Shown one piece after another: positions 38,581-50,242 of a stretch of 64,000 nucleotides of DNA. The position numbers were made by a program, and so were the translations under genes. Under the pieces are notes generated by a model. The model had not been told where the DNA came from. It was given only the letters and a program-made list of their open reading frames with translations, and did no database searches. This DNA comes from Octopus vulgaris (Eukaryota). The stretch's first letter is position 1; every line of letters begins with the position of its first letter. The DNA is taken from assembly GCA_951406725.2 (NCBI GenBank), contig OX597823.1, forward strand, positions 88,164,001 through 88,228,000, in the 5' to 3' direction.

Positions 38581-40952
38581 TACAGGCAAAGAAAATATAT
38601 CTTCAACAAATATGTACTGAACCTATCTAGACGTTAACAGAGAGTATGGGGTTATGTGCAGGAATACCAGGTTCGGTAATTTTTCAATGCTAACTTCAAA
38701 ATTTGTATATAGCATAAAAGAAAAAAAAAAAGAAATCGTGTAAACATAAGGTCGCTGGATACGGGTTTGTACTGCATGTGTTTTTTAATGAGTGTGTCGG
38801 CAAATCGTAAATTTATGAAGATCTCCATCATTACACCTATAAAAGACATAAGATCGCACAGAGAAGAATGCATTGCATTCCTACAAATAGCTGGTAAATC
38901 CTCCGCCATGTCACGTCCTACTGTCTTAAGGTAAACTGGCTACAACAGGCAACGAATATTAGTGACAGCAACACGTTCAACCATAGATATGCTAGATTGT
39001 TTCAGGCTTGGTACTAATCACGAACATCATCAAGTGTATCGTTTCCCTGTTATTGTTCTAACTGTAACATTTACTTTGTAATAAAACAAAGACGCTCTGA
39101 ATATTGAAGATCAATATTCCATTATTCAATGCAATCTAAATAATACAACCTGAAATAGTTCTTAGAACGAAATTTTGTGATCTCTTGTGCTTCAATGGAG
39201 ACTACAAAATTACAAAATTCTGAGAAATGTTAAACATTTGGGAATCATTTCTTACTGACTAAGGTTTGAAATTGCCACCTATGCTCTAAGTGCTATAATA
39301 TATTTGGAGAAATTTGAAAGAGCGCAAATATTTCCTGCTATATCTGTCTATATTATCTAGTGTTCATTGGAAAATGAATTCCCAGAAGAATAAAATTTCC
39401 TGGAAGTTAGCCAAATGTGTTTCTGTAATGATGTATTTAGCCCTTATTAAATGATAATTCAGGCCATTATATCAAACTTTCTGGCACCACGAGAGTGAAC
39501 GTTTTATGCCTTATAACCGATATTTTGCTTTTGCAATCACTTTCTTGACCTTCACGACAAATATTCAATTTACTATCGCAATATAACCCTAATCATTCTA
39601 AGAAATAACACTCCCCTGACAAGAATTGATGATCATTCTTTTACGACAGATATTTTTCCCGTCGAAAACAAAATGACTTTGTGTGTTTCAAATATTCGCA
39701 TTATTACTACACTTGCTTCAGTAAACAGATAAATTATTAGTGAATGAATCAACTATCTATAAAAATGACTTATATAGTACAAACCGATATGCTGAGGTCG
39801 TCTGTTTATACAATACCTAATCACCGTTAGAAAGTTGAACCACTTTTCTATAAAATAAGAAACCTAAGAAAGGGCAATGAAAGATAACAGTTATAACGTA
39901 CCTAACTAAACTCCGTAAAGAATTTAGTTTGGATTTAATGCTATGTAAACGAGGTGTTTAAGTGTGGTCAATTTTGCCTTGGTCAACTGCCAACCCACAC
40001 TTATTGTAATACATGGATGTGCTCCGTTATGTTGATAGAGAGACCACGAAATTCATGAAAGTGTGAGAATATATCAAATATATGTTGCAAATGATCGGTA
40101 TAATGATATGTTGGTTTTTATAAAAGCTTTGCAGTTTGTTTTCCGTATCTACAATATATACGGGTTAATTCAACAGGCGTAACCATACTTTCGGAATTGA
40201 TTTCAATAAAGCATAACTAGTTGTAAAAACATCTACTATATAGTGACGTGTATTATCCCCAAATCTTCCAAAATAACTAAAGATCAGGTAATAAAATGTT
40301 CATTTATTAAGACAGTGTGTACCCATACAGACATATTGAGTAATGATTCCACTGGATGAATAGTGAGGAATAAACCAACAGAGGCTTCTGGCAGGTAAAT
40401 TTTTGCAACCTTCCCTCTGTGTCCATAATCAAGATTTTTACTTCTCAAAAACTGAATTCGGCAAGTTCGCTGTTGCTTTCTTGTATGTAAACCTAAGGTT
40501 ATCCCAGCCCATTCAAATCTTATTGTTTTGGCCATGGTGCCTTTTTTCGAAATATATTTATATAGAACTACGTCATCATTAAATATACACTTGCTTCTTG
40601 GAGATAATATGTGTGACAAGGATTATGTATAGCTTCCATTTCTAACATTTAGAGTGATTTGTTAAAAAGGATAGTTCATGCAGTTGGTCAAGAATCGTAG
40701 CGTGGAAAATTTTACACTTGCAGTGATTAGTTACAGAGAAAATCAAATTTGGTGAGTGTGTCATTTCATTTTGCACAAATTCAGTGTAATAGCTAATTAT
40801 AAAGTTTTGCTCTAGGCATATGGTATCTCCACCATATGTTTACAGATTATTTCTATATTTGAACTTATATCAATAACAAAACTTATAACTATTTCGTTTT
40901 TGGATTTGGTTTGCAAGATTCTTTATATGAGTTCGTGTGTTGAAGCATATAC

Positions 40953-41097
40953 TGTTGCGTCTGGGGAGAGTCATTTTCTCTTTGTGCCCTTATAATGTAA
41001 CACACTCACCGGTAAAATAAGAAATAAGTGGAAATTTTACTGGTGAGTGTGTTACATTATAAGGCACACAAAAAATTTACTCTCTTCAGACACAACA
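40953..41097. repeat. Long imperfect palindrome (MITE-like foldback)
   Basis: GTGCCCTTATAATGTAACACACTCACCGGTAAAAT pairs with ATTTTACTGGTGAGTGTGTTACATTATAAGGCAC. Outer arms are TGTTGCGTCTG..GAGAGT and ACTCTC..CAGACACAACA. Confidence 0.85.
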
Positions 41098-41546
41098 CTC
41101 TTTATGGATGTAAATTAATCTCACTTTTATGAAATTGTGTCCCCTTTTTCCGAATATTTACAAATGAGACCACAAAAATGTTGCCTTCTCTTTGTACGTA
41201 AGAAAGCTATTTCATTTAAGTGAATATTTGCTTGAGTACCGGTACAGTGTATAAACGCTTCTTCATCTGTAAATAGCTTACACTAAGTAGTAGCAATACA
41301 AGGCTGTGAGAGGCATCGTTGGTAATTAGTGAATGTTATTTTTAACACTGATCCCCCTCTGTGCACATATTGTAGAAGAATGGGATAGATCGAGCTAAGA
41401 CTGTCATGATGCAGTGCATATAAATTAAGAATTACTGTAATTAACCTAATTTTTAATCTACTTCTAAGATACTATACTAGACTTTGTTTTAAGCAATAGA
41501 CCAGAACTAAACGAAGATGTACAAAATATCTTGTATATATATATAT

Positions 41547-41925
41547 CTTTTACTCTTTTACTTGTTTCAGTCTTTTGACTGCGGCCATGCTGGAGCACCG
41601 CCTTTAGTCGAATCAAATCGACCCCACGACTTATTCTTTCTAAGCCTAGTACTTATTCTATCGATCTCTTTTGCTGAACCGCTAAGCTACGGGGACGTAA
41701 ACACACTAGCATCGGTTGTCAAGCGATGTTGGGGGACAACCACAGACACACACACACACATATGTATATACGACGGGCTTCTTTCAGTTCCCGTCTACCA
41801 AATTCACTCACAAGGCTTTGTTCGGCCCGAGGCTATAGCAGAAGACACTTGTCCAAGGTGCCATGCAGTGGGACTGAATCCGGAACAATGTGGTTGGTAA
41901 GCTAGCTTCTAACCACACAACCACT
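41547..41925 (-). mobile_element. SINE family A, full length
   Basis: Reverse complement of the 7647 copy, including the (CTTTTA) tail. Confidence 0.92.
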
Positions 41926-42479
41926 TGAGAGTTATTGGTATCCAGAAGAACAAGATGGCAGGTAAGACTATGTAAGCGCTACGGGAGGACCGTAGTCAGA
42001 CTCTCGGTTCGATAATATTACGAGTGAGGAGTCTAATGCAAGTCTTGTGTGAGCATATATATGTTAAATAAAATGAGACAACAAAATCAAGGCTGTGTGA
42101 AATTTATAGGACATTTATAAAGAGAAATGTAGTCTTAGAGTTGTTTCTGGGAAATTATGAATATACCTTCATCAGAAACAATATGAAAGAGAGTTAACTA
42201 GAGGGAAATAATAGAGTTCAATATAACAAGTTATTTTGGAAAAAGGATGGGTATAGAAAGAATAAATGTAAATAAGAGAATAACAATAAAAATGAGAATA
42301 TATGTAGGGTGTTAAAGTTACAGTTCTATTAACAAAAGAAAGTGGTGCGTAGAATGGGTAGAAATGCTTCTTGCCCATGGTATGGAGATTCCGACAGGGG
42401 TTCATATTTTGTTATTACAAATGGATAGTTTACAGACATGAATTCCACAAAGCCTTGGTTTTATTGTCTTATTTTACTT

Positions 42480-42515
42480 AACACACACACACACACAAAG
42501 ATATATATGTGTATG

Positions 42516-42557
<42 letters not shown>

Positions 42558-42685
42558 TACCTTCTGTATATATATATATATATATACATATATGTATGTA
42601 TATATATATATATATACACACACATATACATATATATATATATATACACACACATATACATATATATATATATATATACACACAC

Positions 42686-42770
<85 letters not shown>

Positions 42771-42775
42771 TATAT

Positions 42776-42835
<60 letters not shown>
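42480..42835. repeat. (TA)n/(CA)n microsatellite
   Basis: Direct inspection. Confidence 0.95.
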
Positions 42836-42838
<3 letters not shown>

Positions 42839-44148
42839 ACACGTGTGTATATATGACAGCGGTAAATGAATTTATCCAATGAGACAAAGCTAATAATATG
42901 ATATACTAGATAGCTAATCGATATTGATATTGTGGGCTATTTTAAGTGATTTCTTTCGTTCATTTTTCGTTTTTCAAAATGTCTACATAGTTTTATTTAT
43001 TACTGTCGAATTGTTGATCCTATGCCAACTGGCACGGTGAGGCAGCATTATGGTTTACGCAAATAAATATATAGGCTAGAAATTAATGTGAGCAATCCAG
43101 TTTAGATACGAATGAGGAGAAGCAGGTGTTAATACAAAGAGACTTCTGTTTTCATACCGACGGGTTCTTTGAAGATAATTAAAATAAATAACACTAACTA
43201 AGAATTAGAGAATATATGTTGGATTATTATCATTCGATGCATAACAAAAATTATAATGGAATACAAGGCTTTCTGATTCAAGAAAATTCTAAAATAAACG
43301 AGGGCTGAATTATATGTATATCATGTGTTTTGCAGTTTTGTTGTGTAGACGTGGTAGTTACTTAATGAGCAGCCCTATTATCAAATATTTTCATACGAAT
43401 TTGTTCTAATTTTTTTCAGCTATTTTGTAACCGGGTGTGCATTGTTTAAAGAATGTAAAATATTTCTTGAAGATTTTGCTTCTCTTTCCACCAGGGTCTA
43501 TTAATAGCTTGTTTTCTCTCGTAGAGTATTTAATTAATTTCTCCTTGCAAGTAAGAAAGCTATTTCATTTAAGTGGATATTTGTTTGAATACTTGTATAA
43601 TGTATAACCGAAATACTATTTGCTAAGGTCTAGTCTTGATGATGCCTCGTTACGAGAAATACTAACCCTTACACTTAAGTACATATTTAAACACAATAAT
43701 ACTTATATATTGGACACTAGCATAGCTGAGTGGTTTAGTTGTTTATTTTGCAATGATGTGGTATCTTGTCCAATCTCTCAACTTTGAAACAAGCCTCAAT
43801 TACCACTTCATCGATCGACAAAAGTTATGTGAGATAACAAAGATGGAAAAGGTGAAAAACTATAGGATTTACCAGATATTTAATTCAAACATTTAGCATC
43901 ACTACACTCTGTAGGATTATAGTAAGAGTATAACTCTCTGTGAAAATTTTACATTGACACCATAACTGTCTTTGGTCAGTAAGTGATATTTCCTATTTCT
44001 ATTGATAGATCAAAGGAAATGAATTCTATTCCTTTCAAATTTTGCTTTTGTGACCTGAACACAGACGTTTTAAAATTGACCCATTGACCATTACATTTCA
44101 GAAAGAGTCAAGGTTGAGTTGCTGAAACAGAAATATCGTTATAGCGAT

Positions 44149-44330
44149 ATGCATCAGATTTGTTCAATGCATCAGATTTGCTCAATGCATCAGATTTGCT
44201 AGTTAGTTTTTCTGACCATAATTAATTGAGCATATCTTTTAGTGGCTGAAAATACATGCATCTCTAATCATGAACAGGAGTAGCGGGGGATCATCATAAC
44301 CATGTATTGATAGGAATTCTTTAGGGTTCA
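44149..44330 (+). mobile_element. Repeat family E fragment preceded by an 18-bp tandem triplication
   Basis: TTAGTGGCTGA..GCATCTCTAATCATGAACAGGAGTAGCGGGGGATCATCATAACCATG is the reverse complement of the 29145 and 29626 copies. ATGCATCAGATTTG(T/C)TCA occurs about 3 times at 44149-44200. Confidence 0.7.
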
Positions 44331-44358
44331 ATATATATATATTGAACCCTAAAGAATT

Positions 44359-44363
<5 letters not shown>
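44310..44363. repeat. Perfect 54-bp palindrome, plus two further arm copies downstream
   Basis: ATAGGAATTCTTTAGGGTTCA(AT)6TGAACCCTAAAGAATTCCTAT. GAACCCTAAAGAATTC is repeated at about 44395 and 44440. Confidence 0.95.
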
Positions 44364-44397
<34 letters not shown>

Positions 44398-44407
44398 CCC
44401 TAAAGAA

Positions 44408-44438
<31 letters not shown>

Positions 44439-44452
44439 TGAACCCTAAAGAA

Positions 44453-44496
<44 letters not shown>

Positions 44497-44499
<3 letters not shown>

Positions 44500-45125
44500 A
44501 AAATTCACAAAAAAAAAAACTGAAAATGAAGACAGGTGGTATAGAAAACAAACAGTTGTAAAAGACTTTAACGTTTCGAGTCTACGCTCTTCCACAGAAA
44601 GTAACACAGAAAGAAACAAGGAGAGAGAAAATGTGTGTAGTGGCTAGCGATCTATCATGGCGAATGCCGGACAGAAGGGTCACACAGGAGAGCTAAGAAG
44701 AAATGGAGATAACAAAGTAGTAGTGATCCCAAAACGAAGGTGCGCGTGTGTGAAAGAGTACGTATGTGCGTGTGAAAGAGGGCTGGTGATCTTGACCTGT
44801 GCGTGTGTGTAGGTGTGAAAATGTGTGGATAGGAATTGGTCAGTGCTGGTGTGTGAGTGGTGTTGTGTTGTGATGGGATGTGTTATGTGGTATGGTGTAG
44901 TGTGGTGTGGTCTCATGGTGTTTGGAGGCGGGGGAGGCCAAAGTGGGGAAAGCACGGGTAGATTTGGGTTAATCTGGGGTGGGGGTAGAGGTGGGGTATG
45001 TGGGCAGGCAGAGGGTGGGGTTAGAGGCGGGGCATGTGGGTAGGCAGAGTGGGGAGTAGAGGGGGATATATATATATTGTTGTGCCAAGAACTGCTTTTT
45101 CTTATACTCCGTTTTCACTATTTGA
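44497..45125 (-). mobile_element. Unclassified interspersed repeat, possibly Penelope-like
   Basis: Bounded by (TA)n on both sides. The minus strand contains CTGTGGAAGAGCGTAGACTCGAAACG, resembling the hammerhead-like CTGAnGA..CGAAAC motif of Penelope LTRs, and a strongly C/A-skewed segment. Confidence 0.35.
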
Positions 45126-45128
45126 TCA

Positions 45129-45170
<42 letters not shown>

Positions 45171-45175
45171 ATGTA

Positions 45176-45215
<40 letters not shown>

Positions 45216-47182
45216 AGAGACTGAGAAAGAGAGAGATGAGTGAGAGAAACAAAGTGAGCGAGTGTCGGGAGAGATAGTAAGAGACGATCAGTAAAACCAG
45301 ATAGCCAATCAGTTTGAAAGTGGATTCCGTTGATGAATATTTACAGAGATTTTGTTAACTACCTCGAGTAAAAAAGAGCTTGAAATGATAACGAAGTAAA
45401 CCTCATGACACTCCGCAACTTTACTGAAGAGGGTAAACTTATAACCAGTTTAAAATATCGAGAAGACTTTTGGGAAATTACGGTTATCTGAATATTTTAT
45501 TGAGGTAAATATGGTGCAAGAGATTTGGAGAATAGTTTAGCTGCCACATCGTGGCTTGCTGAATAATAGATAGGACAGGGAATAATATTGTGTCTATTTT
45601 TTTATTTTTAATCTGAATTTCTACTTAAAGTGCCATCCTGATTCAGATATGGAAGCTAGGATTATTTCTAATCTTTTAATCTATTGTATGCAACTCACTG
45701 CAATCATAATGAGCTTGTACTGAAAGCAAGGAACTTGCTGAATTACTCTCCCTCATAAATATTAGTCGTTGCGACCATAATATGAGATATTCTCTAAAGA
45801 TTTAACTTTTTTTTATTAATACAACTTACTCATTCCTGAACGAAACAATACGCTTTTATTTTAATCAATTATTTTGTAGCGTAAAATGACTTTATTCTAT
45901 AGAAATATGATGGTTAAACACTCATTTTTTTCTTTTTACATTGTAATTTGAAAATAAATAATGAAGTAAAGTAAGTTAGAAGTAAAATAATAAATTTCCC
46001 GTTTGTTATATTTGGCATTTCTGAAATTTATCAGCAGAGATACTTGGAAAGGTTAAATGGAACGCCTGCTGTATACAACCACGTTCAAGTAGATAAGAAT
46101 ATTGTGAAAGAGTTTGAATATATGAGCATGGATCGATAACTAAAATCAAACTTAAATGCCATTGAAAACTGTTAAACTCAAATTTCGATTAATGTATTGA
46201 TTTCTGAAACATACTCGAGACCGGGAGAGGGAACCGTCAATTAAATCGATATCAGTATCCGACTGGTCCGTTATTTTTCGAACCAAGGAAGCATAAAAGC
46301 TAAACTGACATCGATGGGATACAAAATCGGGGCATAATGCTTTAGTGACTAAATGCAGTATATGTATCTCTTCCGATTCTACAAAACACTTACGTAATTT
46401 CAATGAATATATTATTGGCGTATTATTGATCGATAAAGATGATTAAAGTGCCACACGAAAAGTAGATAGCAACAAAGAAGAAAGAAACGAGGAGAGGACG
46501 AATAACGAAATGAATAGAAAAAGATACTTCATTATAAAAATAAATATCCTGTTGTTAGTTAAATAGATGAATTAAAAGGAAAATACCTAAAAATTTCACG
46601 GGCCGTATCCCGCTATCATTGTTATTTAGCTGCAATTCATTCCCCATGGAGAATAAACATGAGCAAACTTACACTATTCGGATCCATCTCAAAGTTTTGT
46701 ATTAGGTACTATATTATCCAGTATATTATTTTTGTTATTTTATGATGACATTATGCATTTTAGGAAGATGTATGGTACAGAAGTCAGGCAACCAAGTAAA
46801 GAGATTGATCTCTAACGTAGGCAGGATGGAAACAATATATGAATTCATCTTTGAAAATTATCACATTATTGATCATGAAAATCAAGTCAATTCACTGAAG
46901 TGTTTCAATGTTAGTGAGCATATCTCCTGTGAATTTGTGGCCTTGCGTCAATGTTTGAGATCAATAATTACTGCTGTACCTGCCACAGCTATTCCTGAAA
47001 ATATGCGCGTGTGTGTTTCGTAAAGTATAAATGCTGCAGAGATACGTTCACACCATACGGAATAAAAAATGGTTTATAAAGTTAAATAGACATATTTTAT
47101 TCCAGAAAACTGTAACAAGAGTGTGATACTAATAAATGTATTTATCATAATCTTAAGTACGTACATACATACATACATACAT

Positions 47183-47549
47183 CAGGTTTATACCTGTAAT
47201 TATTGAGGCCCTAGGATAAGTAACACACTGCCTAAATACCAATCCTAAGATATTAGGCTTCTCAAAACCAGAAAGGAGAAAGATAATTCGAAGGCTACAG
47301 ATCCAATCCATCATTGGGACTGTAAAAATCTGTAAACATCTCCAGATTTAAATATATATGAGGATGTCTAGGTATGCAACTATATGCATGAGAACACACA
47401 TAAAATAAAATATACAAATCTTCACATATACATACATACAAACAAAAGTACTTTGTTGATGTTGAAATTCCAAGGAAGGAACCTTGGATCTAGGTTAGTA
47501 AGCGGCTCTTTCTCCATTGGCAAGAAATCTTGAAATAAAACTGAACAAT
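47183..47549 (+). mobile_element. RLE non-LTR retrotransposon 3' fragment in (ACAT)n
   Basis: RFIPVIIEALG*VTHCLNT...RKIIRRLQIQSIIGTVKICK matches the P(V/I)IIGALG...LQ....GT..I C-terminus of RLE LINEs. (ACAT)n lies on both sides. Confidence 0.8.
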
Positions 47550-47684
47550 CACATACATACATATGTGTGCTTGTGTTTGTGCGTATGTATGATTGTAATG
47601 TACAAGGAGTTCTGTCCTGATAAATGGAGAACATGTCAAAGTGAAAAAAACTGTGTCGTTGCGTCTCTGCTTGTCAGCTCTGCA

Positions 47685-47835
47685 ACACTTGACAACCGGT
47701 GTTGATTCGTTTACACCCACGTAGCATGCTGGCCCAGCAAATTACAGAAAACCTGAATTTAAATATAACTACTACGTCCGATTCTTTCTACTAAAGAATA
47801 GGACGCTGCGCCTCTAGAATGACTGAAAACAATAA
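47685..47835 (+). mobile_element. SINE family A, degenerate 3' part
   Basis: CACTTGACAACCGGTGTTG..GTTTACA ... AATGACTGAAAAC. Confidence 0.55.
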
Positions 47836-47848
47836 AACAGTATTATGT

Positions 47849-47894
<46 letters not shown>

Positions 47895-47901
47895 GCACAC
47901 A

Positions 47902-48093
47902 CACGAGGCGGTGCTGAAAAGTTCCTGGCTTTGAGGCCTGGCTGCAATCCCAGCTGGGTTACGAAAAAAGTGAAGGATCGCTGCAATAAGTGTGTGAATC
48001 TGGGAGGCGAATATGTCGAATAAAATCCAAATAAACTGATTCACTTCTATTTTCTTCTACACAAAGGCAGTAGCTTTTCAGCACTCCCCCGTG
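47902..48093 (+). mobile_element. Mariner-derived MITE (internally deleted)
   Basis: TIRs CACGAGGCGGTGCTGAAAAGTTCCTGGCTTT and AAAGGCAGTAGCTTTTCAGCACTCCCCCGTG. The internal KKVKDRCNKCVNLGGEYVE* is a mariner transposase C-terminus. Confidence 0.85.
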
Positions 48094-49483
48094 AATATAT
48101 ATATACTGTACACACACACAAATATATATATACACACACACACACAGACGTGTGTCTGTGTGTGTGGTTGGGAATGCTTAAATACATCATATATAGATAT
48201 TGCAAGTTATAATTTTTCGTGAGAACAATTGTATGAAAACAAAATTCTAACAAAGGAGAGGGCCTGTGCTGCATAGGATATTTCCGCATACTAATTGCCA
48301 AGTTAGGTTCCCTCGCACAACGGAATGCGTGTTGAAATGCGCCGATTATCTTTGCTGTTAGTAGACAATGTCTCTTACTGAATGGTTTTCACATCAAAAA
48401 ACTGATTACTGCAGATACATTATGGAAAACATATAACTTTGTCTCTTGCTGCTTTTCTCTCTATCTCTCTTTCGTTCTTTTTCCCTTTCTCTCCCCTGTT
48501 CCCTCTCGTACACTTTCTGCTTGTATGATACGTATATACAAATACACCCACATATATCTGTACATATGTATGCATGCATTTATACATCTAGATGATAGAT
48601 AGATAGATACATAGATAAATAAGTGAGCATATATCACACAAACGCACATATGTGTGTGTTTCTATGAATATACATACACATATGCATGCATACAAAGATA
48701 CATGCATTCATGTATACATACATAGATAAATGCGTGTATATGTGTCCTTGTATGTGTGTGTGACGTTATATGTGAGTGTGACTTATGTGGATTTCATTAC
48801 GGATTTTTTGATAGATCTATTGAATTCTTCGTGTAATTCCCATTAGACTTCATATGTATAGCACCAAAAACTGTAATTTGTACGATTCACTAAATTACTT
48901 CTGGGACCAAATAGTTTTAGAGCCGACTTTTGCTTTCATTGCATAGTGGTCGATAATCTAAGTTATTGCAATGCACAGAAGTGAATTCATTTGACTATAA
49001 ATTCTCCTTTATGAACATTAACTTTGCTACGATTGAAAAGAAATGAATAATCGTGGTAAAGAAAAGGCTTTGAGTCGAGGTCAAAATAAGAGCAACTCTG
49101 GCTGAATGAATGTGTTACAGCTAATAATTTTATTGTGCTTCACCTTCTGCGTTCAAATTCGTCTCGAGTCAACCTTAACGTTTCCATATCCGTGGTTATA
49201 ACGTAATATCAATTAGGAAGTAGAATTAATCTGATTAAATTTTTCACTTGGAAAACTATGGCGTAATAGGTAATAAAAGCAAATTCAATTAAGTTTTAAG
49301 GATTAAAACAGCTTATGACGTAAGCAAAACAAAAAAATACAACAAAATGTGTTCAACACACGAGTTTAAATCAAGAATCTTGCCAATGAAATGCAACAAC
49401 GGAAAAGCAGAAACGTTTTATTTTTAATTAAACCTACACCTATTGTAAAAAACACAATGGACATAACTCTCTCTATATATATA

Positions 49484-49545
49484 GGCTCAGGTGTGGTTGT
49501 GTGGTAAGAAGCTTGCTTCCCAAATACTTGGTTTGGGATTCAGTT
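49484..49545 (+). mobile_element. SINE family A, head only
   Basis: GGCTCAGGTGTGGTTGTGTGGTAAGAAGCTTGCTTCCCAA. Confidence 0.6.
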
Positions 49546-50021
49546 CTTAGATTGAGTCTTAGAAGTAATTTAGTTCTTTGATTGAGTCTTAGAAGTGATT
49601 TAGAAGAACATGGTAATTTTATGATATATGATATGAATGACACAGCAGCTGGGAATAATACCAGTTTTCATAAATTTAAGCCACTGAATATTTTGCATTC
49701 CATCATATTCGCTTGAAGATTGAATGTTACACATTCATGATTTCTCTTCATGTTCATCTTCGGTTTTGTTCCGGTTTTATGAAAATCTGATGCATCAAAA
49801 CGAAAATATCATCTACTTATGAAACTGAAAGTTTGTTCATTTTGAAAAACTTCCATTTACGTGTATCCATTTTCTCTATTGAAGATATACTGCAATAGTT
49901 GTTGTCATGTAATCCCAGATCAATCGTGTGTCGGGTCATCTATCATCAGAAACATTTGAGCCATGACCATTCCTAACACTAAATTATATAACATATTCTT
50001 ATGTTTAATAAGACGATAAAG

Positions 50022-50242
50022 TATGGCGACATGCTGGCAGAACCGTTAGGACGTCGGGGGAAATGCTTAGCGGTATTTCGTCCGTCTTAACATTTTGAGT
50101 TCAAATTCTGCCCCAGATCAACTTTGCTATTCATCCTTTCTGGTTTGATAAAATAGGTACCAGTTAAGTACTGGAGTAGATGTAATCGACTAGCCTCCTC
50201 CCCACCTCTGAATTACTATCATTGTGCCAAAAATTTGAAACC
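50022..50242 (+). mobile_element. SINE family B (tail type 2) with 15-bp TSD
   Basis: Family B body, with AATAAGA(C/T)GATAAAG at 50007-50021 and 50243-50257. Confidence 0.85.

Noticed and set aside
44340-44460. Short direct repeats with spacers (CRISPR-like look)
   Set aside because: Spacers are pure (TA)n, the context is eukaryotic, and there are no cas genes.
49543-49605. Approximately 30-bp tandem duplication; also small duplications near 1345, 52320 and 62740
   Set aside because: Ordinary slippage products with no further structure.
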